A stretch of DNA of 64,000 nt from Candidatus Zambryskibacteria bacterium CG10_big_fil_rev_8_21_14_0_10_42_12 (GTDB lineage: Bacteria > Patescibacteriota > Minisyncoccia > Phycocordibacterales > 1-14-0-10-42-12): contig PCXL01000011.1 in assembly GCA_002787695.1 (NCBI GenBank), forward strand, positions 61,155-125,154, written 5' to 3'. This document shows, one piece after another, positions 56,231 to 64,000 of this stretch (its first letter is position 1; each line of letters begins with the position of its first letter). The notes under the pieces are model-generated. The model saw only the letters and a list, made by a program, of their open reading frames with translations. It did no database searches and was not told the origin of the DNA. Made by a program: the position numbers and the translations under genes.

Positions 56231-56300
56231 CTCTCCTCCAAAAGGTCCATGGATGGTACCTGATTAAAATAATAATATATTTATATAAAAAAGTCAAGTA

Positions 56301-57170
56301 TCAAAATTTGAGGGAAATTTCACTAGATATTTCTTTGATGAATCCTTTTATTTCTAGACTCATAAGGGCGATTTGTGCTCGGGATATTTCGAGACCTGAA
56401 TTTTGAATGAGTAAATCTTTTTCAAGCGATCTTTGTCCTAATGTTTTTACGATTTTTTGCTCGTCTTCGCTTAAGGCACTCATATCAATTTCTTTTTGTG
56501 ATTGTGCTTCTGCTTCAATGCTAAGTGCTTCTAATATGTCTTCTGGTTTTGTCACTGGCGTTGCACCAAGACGGATAAGCATATGTGGTCCGGCACTTTG
56601 TGATGAGAAAATTGATCCAGGCACGGTGAGTACTTCGCGATTGTATTCCGTGGCGAGACGTGAGGTTATAAGTGTTCCTGATTTTTCTTCTGCTTCTACT
56701 ACAAGCACAGCGTGGCTCATTCCTGCCATAATTCTGTTTCTTTGTGGAAATGACCATTTGGTTGCATCAAAGTCTGGTTCAAATTCAGATAATAATCCAC
56801 CACCACTTTCGGTAATTTCTTCTGCGAGGTGTACGTGTGATTTCGGGTAGAGTACCTTTGGTGATAAACCAGAACCGGGAACTGCGATAGTTTGTAAACC
56901 ATGTTTAAGTGCAGATTTGTGTGCAATAGAATCAATGCCGAGTGCGAGGCCGGAGACAATAGTAATGGGGTATCCTTTAAGGCCTTCCAGTAAAGATTCA
57001 CAGACTTCTTTTCCATACGGACTATACTTTCGTGAGCCGACAACGGTGAGAATTTTATTGTTTTTATGAGGAAGAGATCCAGCTAGAAAAAGCTTCTTGG
57101 GTTTGTCTGGTATCTCATGAAGAAGTTCTGGCCAGTCTGTTTGTGGTAGTTCTCTGATCTCGTATGCCAT
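56301..57170 (-). CDS. dprA: DNA-processing protein DprA
   Basis: VVGSRK, IVSGLALGID, FPQRNRI and SGTLIT; next to topA. Confidence 0.97.
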   Translation of the reverse strand: MAYEIRELPQTDWPELLHEIPDKPKKLFLAGSLPHKNNKILTVVGSRKYSPYGKEVCESLLEGLKGYPITIVSGLALGIDSIAHKSALKHGLQTIAVPGSGLSPKVLYPKSHVHLAEEITESGGGLLSEFEPDFDATKWSFPQRNRIMAGMSHAVLVVEAEEKSGTLITSRLATEYNREVLTVPGSIFSSQSAGPHMLIRLGATPVTKPEDILEALSIEAEAQSQKEIDMSALSEDEQKIVKTLGQRSLEKDLLIQNSGLEISRAQIALMSLEIKGFIKEISSEISLKF

Positions 57171-57227
57171 ACATATATTGTATCAATAACAGTTTACACA
57201 TATAATGGCTTTACATAACGCAGAAAT

Positions 57228-58499
57228 ATGCTCGATATAAAATTCATTAGAGAGAATAAGGACATTATTAAAGAAGCGGCTCGCAAGAAGCATGTGAAGT
57301 TTGAAGTGGACGAGCTGTTGAAGGTGGACGAGGAACGCCGAGAGGTGTTGCAGGTAGTTGAAGAGCTTCGTTTTAAGCAAAACGATGTGTCTCGCAGAAT
57401 CAATAATGTGTCTGAACCAGAGCGTCCTTTTGTTATCAAAGAGATGCAAGGTGTAAAGGAAGAACTTAAGGAAAAAGAAGAAAAACTAAAGGGAATCATG
57501 AAAGACTGGCAGACACTCATGCTTCAGGTGCCGAATATTCCGGATATGTCTGTGCCCGAAGGAAAAACTGATGAAGAAAATAAAGAAGTGAAAGACTGGG
57601 GGGAGAAAAAAGAATTTTCATTCAAACCAAAAAACCATATCGAACTCTGTGAACTGCATGACTTGGCAGATTTCGAGCGTGGCACTAAGATCGCAGGATT
57701 TCGTGGATATGTTTTAAAAAATGAAGGTGCAGCGTTGTCGTTTGCACTGTGGCAACTGGCATTTAAACACTTTACCCAAAAAGGATTTGAACCAATGGTT
57801 GTACCGTCTCTTGTACGTAAAGAGCTTCTGTATGGAAGTGGATATTTGCCACAAGGCGAAGACGATCTCTATAAAACGCAGGACGAAGATTACTTGGCTG
57901 GAACCGGTGAAGTTTCTACGATGGGTTACTACATGAATGAGGTGCTACCAAAAGACATGTTGTCAAAAAAAATGTTGGCATTTTCACCGTGTTTTAGGCG
58001 TGAAGCTGGAAGCCATAGTAAAGACACAAAAGGATTGATGCGTGTGCATGAATTTTTCAAACTAGAACAAGTAGTGCTTTGTGAAGCGAGTCATGAAGTG
58101 TCGGTTAAACTGCATGAAGAAATCAATCGAAACACTGAAGAGCTTATTGAAATACTCGGTATTCCGTATCGTACGGTTGTAAATTGTGGCGGTGACCTAG
58201 GGCTTGGTCAGGTTAAAAAATACGACATCGAGTTATGGGTACCTTCGCAGGATACCTATAGGGAAATTAGTTCAGCATCATACTTTCATGATTTTCAGAC
58301 ACGGAGACTTAATATCAAATATAAAGATGATGATGGCACTATGCGATTTGCGCACTCTCTTAACTGCACAGGATTACCTAGTCCGCGTATACTGATTGCG
58401 CTTTTAGAAAACAATCAAAACGAAGATGGTTCGATTACTATTCCAGAAGTACTGCGTCCATATCTTGGTGGTCAAGAGATCATAAATAAAAAACAATAA
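57228..58499 (+). CDS. serS: Serine-tRNA ligase
   Basis: MLDIKFIREN, CFRREAGS, RVHEF.K.E and EISSAS. Confidence 0.98.
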   Translation: MLDIKFIRENKDIIKEAARKKHVKFEVDELLKVDEERREVLQVVEELRFKQNDVSRRINNVSEPERPFVIKEMQGVKEELKEKEEKLKGIMKDWQTLMLQVPNIPDMSVPEGKTDEENKEVKDWGEKKEFSFKPKNHIELCELHDLADFERGTKIAGFRGYVLKNEGAALSFALWQLAFKHFTQKGFEPMVVPSLVRKELLYGSGYLPQGEDDLYKTQDEDYLAGTGEVSTMGYYMNEVLPKDMLSKKMLAFSPCFRREAGSHSKDTKGLMRVHEFFKLEQVVLCEASHEVSVKLHEEINRNTEELIEILGIPYRTVVNCGGDLGLGQVKKYDIELWVPSQDTYREISSASYFHDFQTRRLNIKYKDDDGTMRFAHSLNCTGLPSPRILIALLENNQNEDGSITIPEVLRPYLGGQEIINKKQ

Positions 58500-58503
58500 G
58501 TAT

Positions 58504-59343
58504 ATGATGTTGGGAAGAGACGCCCTGCACTCTCGCTCTTATGCGAGAAAATATAAAAAAAGGTCAAAGATTTTTCTGTGGCTTGCCGGTATCCTATTTC
58601 TGCTCGGTATTCTTTTTTCATGGTGGGTCACCGATAAGTCACCACTGGTTATAAAACATGTAGAAGTTGTTGGTGCTCGCGCACTGTCGGTTAGCAGTAT
58701 ACAAGATGTGGCTCAAAACGAATTACAACATAGGTATCTCATGTGGCACGTTGGAAATGCAATCTTGGCGCCGAGAAAACGTATTGAAGAGCAGCTCAAA
58801 GAGAAATTCTCACTTATTAAAACAGTCGATGTGGAAGTGAAAGGTATTTCGAATTTAGAAATATCTATTGAAGAATACGAGTCTACATATCTCATATGCT
58901 CTCAAACAGACCCTTCTCGATGTTATTTGGCTGATGGAACAGGATATGTGTTTGCGCCAGCTATTCTTTCGGAGGAAACGCGTGCGTATATACGATTTAA
59001 TGTAACATTTGGTGATGAGGTGGTAGGTAGTCGTGTTATCTCTCGAAATAATTTTGAAAAAATAATTTTGTTTAAAGAAGCGCTTGCTGACAGTGGATTG
59101 TCTGTACAAGAGATTACGGTCGTTAGTGATCAAGAAGTAAAACTTCGAATCATAGAAGGAGCCAATATTGTGATAGATATGCAAAGTAATATAGATGAAA
59201 TGCTCGGAAACTTCCTATTATTGCTTGCAGAAGAAACGGAAAAAAATTCGAGTCGGGAGGTGTTTTTAGAGAATACAGAGTACATTGATGTACGTCATGG
59301 AAATAAAGTTTTCTACAAGGCACGTGGAGAGAATGCTTTATAA
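58504..59343 (+). CDS. ftsQ: FtsQ/DivIB-like protein
   Basis: TM, POTRA-like region and C-terminal EYIDVRHGNKVFYK. Confidence 0.7.
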   Translation: MMLGRDALHSRSYARKYKKRSKIFLWLAGILFLLGILFSWWVTDKSPLVIKHVEVVGARALSVSSIQDVAQNELQHRYLMWHVGNAILAPRKRIEEQLKEKFSLIKTVDVEVKGISNLEISIEEYESTYLICSQTDPSRCYLADGTGYVFAPAILSEETRAYIRFNVTFGDEVVGSRVISRNNFEKIILFKEALADSGLSVQEITVVSDQEVKLRIIEGANIVIDMQSNIDEMLGNFLLLLAEETEKNSSREVFLENTEYIDVRHGNKVFYKARGENAL

Positions 59344-59351
59344 TATACATC

Positions 59352-59741
59352 ATGACACAGGCGCTGCTTTTAGCAGATTACATGAGGTGGCACTATACGC
59401 GCGCATTCTCTTCAATGTGGCGTGTCACCAATAATTTTGTTTATTTTTTTTATAATCTTTTTTCAATTTCATTATTGCTCCATACGTTTTTTGCGCCATG
59501 GAAAATGATGACAGAACAAAAAACAAAAGGATTTACATCACTGAGTTCATTATTTGAAAGAATTTTTGGAAATTTTTTGGTGCGTGTGATAGGTGCGATC
59601 ATTCGCTTTGTGACGATAACTATCGGTCTTATCTTTTGTGTGGGTACGTTTTTATGTGGGTTGGTATTTACGATCTTTTGGGTTGTCGCACCATTAGTGA
59701 TGGTCTTTTCTCTAATTGTTGGTATTCGTTTGATTATATAA
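59352..59741 (+). CDS. Small membrane protein coupled to the Clp-like gene
   Basis: WHY...FSISLLLHTFFAPWK...R.IGAIIR plus TMs. Confidence 0.8.
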   Translation: MTQALLLADYMRWHYTRAFSSMWRVTNNFVYFFYNLFSISLLLHTFFAPWKMMTEQKTKGFTSLSSLFERIFGNFLVRVIGAIIRFVTITIGLIFCVGTFLCGLVFTIFWVVAPLVMVFSLIVGIRLII

Positions 59742-59743
59742 AT

Positions 59744-62146
59744 ATGACGTGGAACGACTTAGCACAAAAAGTACATAAATGGCGAGGAGTTTTGTGGCTT
59801 AATCACATATTTCCTCATGCCATACGAAAAATCCTATTTTTTATAAGTGCAGTGGCATTGCTCATTTCCGTAACACTCTCATTGCCGGTAGTGAATATGG
59901 GAAATGAATTTATTTACGGTGTGTTTTTTGTAGGTGCGAGTATCTGGCTTTTCGTGTTTATGCTCGAGGCCTATTATAAATCATATTATTTTGCTGGAAT
60001 TATTGATCGAAAAGGTAAGGCGGATCTTTATACTTATGAAATTGCAGACATTCTCATGGTGGGGGCAGGTACGGATGTTGCGCGCGGTATATTCTTTTCT
60101 GAACTTGGAAAAGAAAGAATAATTCGACTCGGAATCAAGACGCAAGATGTAGACATGTTTTTCAAAAGTCGCCATCGACCGATTGGTTCGCATATTCTTG
60201 AATATACAGGAGACAATGTAACAGCGAGAGAGCTCGCAAAAGCTGTTATTGAATATGATGCTGAACTCAAGGAATTTCTTGCGGGATATGGTATTACACC
60301 GCAAACATTTGTCGGTGCAGTAGATTGGGTTTCAAAAACTCATATGATCACCTTGCAAGAAGAAGCATGGTGGACGAGACAAAAGCTCTCGAGAATACCA
60401 GGTATTGGCAAGAGTTGGTCCCTTGGATATGTATCTGAACTTTCTCGTTTAGGCAATCCACTTTCAGAGAGTCCAGAATATAAAGTAGTAACGATAACAT
60501 CGACTTCAGAAAAGACAGTTGATGAAATTGAGTCAATTCTCTCGAGAACAAACAACGCAAACGTACTCGTGGTAGGAGAGAATCAACACAACATGATGGG
60601 TCTGGTAGCGTCTCTCGGTAGGCGTATCGAACAAGGTAGCGCATATCCGGAGATTGAACACAAACGCATGTATGTGCTGTATCATGATCGTATTTTTGCA
60701 GAAGCAAAAGATACACAAACTCTTGAATCGTTGCTTCATAAAATGTTTAAAGAAGCTGTCAGATCAGAAGAAGTGATAATCGTGATTCGGGATCTCAATG
60801 GATTTATAGAAACTGCTCGAAGCTATTCAGTCGATCTTATTGAGTTTATGAGACCGTATATTTCTTCACCCTTGGTGCAGATTATTGGTTTGGTTGAGAA
60901 GTCTGTGTTCGAGTCATCTATGAGAACGAATCACAATATACTTGGTCTATTTGATCATGTCTCGTATGACGAAAAAGAAACAAACGATTCGTTACTCCAG
61001 ATAGTTGAGCAGGAGGTACTCACGATAGAACATGACGTTGATGTTCGTTTTACCTATGCTGCAGTACATGTGGCATCGGAACAAATCGGCAGATTGTTTG
61101 CAACAGGCGAGCAATTGACACGTGTTCATACGATTCTATCTGAATTAGCACTCAAGGCGAAAAATGAAAAACACGGTTTTGTTACAAAGAATGATGTTGA
61201 GGATTTGCTTCACGTAAAAACTGGAGTACCAGGTAGTCATGTCTCAAAAGAAGAAAAGGCGATACTATTGGAACTTGAATCGTTACTCCATAATCGTGTC
61301 GTGGGACAAGATGATGCGATTCGTGCGATTGGTGATGCTCTGCGGAAAAAACGATCTGGTATTGGGAACCCTAACAAACCAATCGGTTCATTCCTGTTTT
61401 TGGGCTCAACGGGTGTGGGAAAGACGGAAACAGCGCGGACACTTGCAGATGTATTTTTTGGTAGTGAAAGCGATATGGTTCGGTTTGACATGACTGAATT
61501 CAGTGGTGCAGACGCACTCGTACGGTTGTTGGGTGATTTTAAAACTGGTAAGCCAGGATTACTTGTGTCAAAACTTCGTGAAAAACCATACAGCATTATT
61601 TTGTTAGACGAGTTTGAAAAAGCACATAAAGATGTGCACGATTTGTTTCTTCAGATCCTTGATGAGGGAGTATTTTCAGATATGAAAGGGGAACAGGTGA
61701 ATGCGCGCAACACGATCATTGTTGCCACATCAAATGCAGGAAGCGATCTTATTTGGAATTTGATGGCGAAACAGACACCGCCCGCACATATGCGTGAGAC
61801 AGTGATAGATCATATTATTGATGAGGCAATATTTCGCCCAGAATTACTCAATCGATTTGACGGGGTCATTGTCTTTCACCCTCTTGAGAAATCTCATTTG
61901 AGCCAAGTTGCAGAGAGAATGCTTGCAAAACTTTCAGAACGTTTGCGAGATCAAGGGTATCATTTTTCATACAGCAAGGACCTCGTAGATCGATTGGTGC
62001 AAATAGGTAGTGATCCAAAATTTGGTGCACGCCCTATTGCACGTGCTATATCTGAACGGGTAGAAGGTGCTATTGCACGACATATTCTCCAAGGGAAAAT
62101 AAAGACGGGGGACACCATACATATTTCTGCTAAGGATCTTTTGTAG
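59744..62146 (+). CDS. Membrane-anchored ClpA/B-like AAA+ ATPase with a degenerate first NBD
   Basis: Two N-terminal TMs; NBD1 Walker A eroded (VVGENQHNMM); NBD2 has GSTGVGKT, LLDEFEKAH and FGARP. Confidence 0.88.
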   Translation: MTWNDLAQKVHKWRGVLWLNHIFPHAIRKILFFISAVALLISVTLSLPVVNMGNEFIYGVFFVGASIWLFVFMLEAYYKSYYFAGIIDRKGKADLYTYEIADILMVGAGTDVARGIFFSELGKERIIRLGIKTQDVDMFFKSRHRPIGSHILEYTGDNVTARELAKAVIEYDAELKEFLAGYGITPQTFVGAVDWVSKTHMITLQEEAWWTRQKLSRIPGIGKSWSLGYVSELSRLGNPLSESPEYKVVTITSTSEKTVDEIESILSRTNNANVLVVGENQHNMMGLVASLGRRIEQGSAYPEIEHKRMYVLYHDRIFAEAKDTQTLESLLHKMFKEAVRSEEVIIVIRDLNGFIETARSYSVDLIEFMRPYISSPLVQIIGLVEKSVFESSMRTNHNILGLFDHVSYDEKETNDSLLQIVEQEVLTIEHDVDVRFTYAAVHVASEQIGRLFATGEQLTRVHTILSELALKAKNEKHGFVTKNDVEDLLHVKTGVPGSHVSKEEKAILLELESLLHNRVVGQDDAIRAIGDALRKKRSGIGNPNKPIGSFLFLGSTGVGKTETARTLADVFFGSESDMVRFDMTEFSGADALVRLLGDFKTGKPGLLVSKLREKPYSIILLDEFEKAHKDVHDLFLQILDEGVFSDMKGEQVNARNTIIVATSNAGSDLIWNLMAKQTPPAHMRETVIDHIIDEAIFRPELLNRFDGVIVFHPLEKSHLSQVAERMLAKLSERLRDQGYHFSYSKDLVDRLVQIGSDPKFGARPIARAISERVEGAIARHILQGKIKTGDTIHISAKDLL

Positions 62147-62196
62147 GCTTTGCTAAATTTAAGTTTTAGTTTACCTTGTTATCCATGTCTTACTAT

Positions 62197-63315
62197 ATGG
62201 GATTTTGGGAAAAACTGAAAAAACCGATTTATGCATTGGCGCCGATGGCGGATGTTACTGATGCAGCTTTCAGGCAACTCATCGCACGAAAAAGTAAATT
62301 TGATAAAAAAGGCGGTAATACAGGTGCGGAGTATGTCTCATGGACAGAATTTGTTTCAGCAGACGGTCTTGCACTTGCTCCCGAAGAAGGGAGACAGAAA
62401 CTGATGAAAGCGTTACTGTATTCCGAGATTGAACGGCCCATTGTCGCACAATTTTTTGGAAGCAATCCGGATCATATGGAAGCAGCGGCACGCCTTGCGT
62501 TAGAGCTCGGTTTTGATGGAGTAGATATCAATATGGGTTGCCCAGATCGCTCTATTGAGAAACAAGGTGCAGGTGCTGCGATGATAAAAACTCCTGAGGT
62601 GGCACGTGAGATTATTCGTGCTGTAAAACGAGGTGCCCGCCTGCCATCGTCTACGACTTCAGTCAATGGCGGGCAGGCTACACAGGGAGACAAACAAATC
62701 CCTGTTTCTGTAAAAACGCGTCTTGGGTACAACAAAGATGAACTCGATACATGGCTTCTTGTACTTCTGGAAGAAAAGCCGGCAGCTGTAACAATTCATG
62801 CGAGAACAAGAAAGGAGATGTCTAAAGTTCCTGCACACTGGAACAGGATTAAAGATGCGGTAGATATCAGAAACGAGATGGGAAGTAAAACTTTGATTAT
62901 TGGTAATGGAGATTTGGGGACACTTAGTGATGGGGATCAGAAAATACAAGAGACTGGTGCAGATGGGGTCATGTTTGGTCGTGGAGTTTTTGGTAATCCA
63001 TGGTTTTTTAATAAAGAATTAGTTTCAGATGATGAAGTTGCTTTACCAGTTCGTGGTCAGACAGAAGGAGATAAGGTGCGATACAGTAATACTAAAATTT
63101 CCCAGGAAGACAGATTGAAAACTTTGTTAGAACATGCAGAATTGTTTGATGAATTTTTGGGAGACACTAAAAGTTTTGCTGTCATGAAAAAACATGTGAA
63201 GGCATATATCTCCGGTTTCCTCGGCGCAAAGGAAATCCGTGATCAACTTATGCAGACAAAAGATCTTCAAGAATTTCGCAACTCTCTTAAAATTTATAAA
63301 CTTGCTACCGACTGA
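62197..63315 (+). CDS. dus: tRNA-dihydrouridine synthase (Dus family), with a 14-codon repeat insertion
   Basis: LAPMADVTD, DINMGCP, VSVKTRLG, IHART and GNGD. Confidence 0.95.
   Translation: MGFWEKLKKPIYALAPMADVTDAAFRQLIARKSKFDKKGGNTGAEYVSWTEFVSADGLALAPEEGRQKLMKALLYSEIERPIVAQFFGSNPDHMEAAARLALELGFDGVDINMGCPDRSIEKQGAGAAMIKTPEVAREIIRAVKRGARLPSSTTSVNGGQATQGDKQIPVSVKTRLGYNKDELDTWLLVLLEEKPAAVTIHARTRKEMSKVPAHWNRIKDAVDIRNEMGSKTLIIGNGDLGTLSDGDQKIQETGADGVMFGRGVFGNPWFFNKELVSDDEVALPVRGQTEGDKVRYSNTKISQEDRLKTLLEHAELFDEFLGDTKSFAVMKKHVKAYISGFLGAKEIRDQLMQTKDLQEFRNSLKIYKLATD
62636..62677. mobile_element. 42-bp palindromic element in frame in dus
   Basis: CCCGCCTGCC-ATC-GTCTACGACTTCAG-TCAAT-GGCGGGCAGG; the 14-bp core is the reverse complement of 1123-1136. 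Confidence 0.85.
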
Positions 63316-63490
63316 TATTGCTAATAAATTTAGTATTGGCTATGATAAGGAGAGTATCAAACTGTTTGCGAGAATTGTCTCGCAACACTCTGCTCTTTAC
63401 TCTACCTTGTAGAGTGTACCCTCGATATCAACCCCACGCCGTCCATCCTCAGGTGGACGGCGTAACCCTTTTTTGCGAAAATAGACAGAC

Positions 63491-64000
63491 ATGCAGGAAA
63501 CAGATGGTTCTAAAAAATTTTCTACCATATTGCTCGCCCTTATCCTTATGGTTGGATCCTACTCAGTGGGATATTCTCGTGGACACACGAGTGGCGAAAT
63601 AGAAGGTTCTACGCAACATATTTTAAACAGAGACCCAGAGGCTCTTTCCGTTGACTTTGCGCCATTTTGGAAGGCGTGGGGGATTCTTGAAGAGAAATAT
63701 GTATCGACCTCAACCACTACTACTGAGGTGACGGATCAGCAAAAAATCTGGGGTTCTATTGCAGGCCTTGCATCATCGCTCGGAGATCCATATACCGTCT
63801 TCTTCCCACCTCAAGAAGCAAAGACATTTGCAGAAGATATTAGCGGCAATTTTCAGGGTGTAGGCATGGAAATGACCGTGCGCGACGGTGTGTTGACTGT
63901 CATTGCGCCCCTCAAGGGTATGCCTGCTGATAGGGCTGGAATCATGGCGGGTGATAAAGTGATCGGTATTGATGGAGAATCAACTGGCAATATGACAATC
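63491..64000 (+). CDS. S41 family carboxy-terminal protease (3' end outside window)
   Basis: Manual translation: TM, DFAPFWKAW, SLGDPYT.FF, GNFQGVGME and PDZ VIAPLKGMPADRAGI. Confidence 0.92.
   Translation, partial: MQETDGSKKFSTILLALILMVGSYSVGYSRGHTSGEIEGSTQHILNRDPEALSVDFAPFWKAWGILEEKYVSTSTTTTEVTDQQKIWGSIAGLASSLGDPYTVFFPPQEAKTFAEDISGNFQGVGMEMTVRDGVLTVIAPLKGMPADRAGIMAGDKVIGIDGESTGNMTI

Noticed and set aside
1-64000. CRISPR array, cas genes, rRNA, transposase, integrase or reverse transcriptase
   Set aside because: No regularly spaced 25-45 bp repeats with unique spacers, and no such protein or rRNA motifs were seen. The enzymes that would mobilise the small elements are not in this window.

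Overview
A 64 kb chromosomal segment that looks like a small-genome Candidate Phyla Radiation (Parcubacteria-type) bacterium using genetic code 11. This is inferred from gene content and order, the T4SS-pilin-like array and the dense palindromic repeats. Core genes include tsaD, trxB, ftsZ, ftsA, ybeY, rpsU, lepB, pth, rpsA, gyrA, rbfA, infB, a cysteine desulfurase, clpB, rpmG, miaA, parB, rel, topA, dprA, serS, a Dus-family gene and an S41 peptidase. There are ten intact tRNA genes. Accessory content is a low-GC restriction-modification island, a secreted Asn/Thr/Gly-repeat operon, six tandem pilin-like genes, a lytic-transglycosylase/coiled-coil island and two free-standing LAGLIDADG genes. 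The most unusual signal is a set of tiny non-coding elements acting on tRNA and core genes. (1) A 42-45 bp hairpin element (CCYGCCYGCC...GGCRGGCRGG) sits in frame in tsaD and dus and twice inside a tRNA-Val(GAC). One of those two copies carries a complete, different tRNA-Val(GAC) gene, giving a tRNA nested in a tRNA. (2) Structured 150-207 bp tails follow four tRNAs and end in a direct copy of the tRNA 3' end; three also begin with an inverted copy. (3) Two 120-bp MITEs are inserted into the ATG codons of ftsA and rpsU and rebuild the start codon. No transposase or integrase is visible in the window. All calls were made by eye from sequence motifs; no database search was run.
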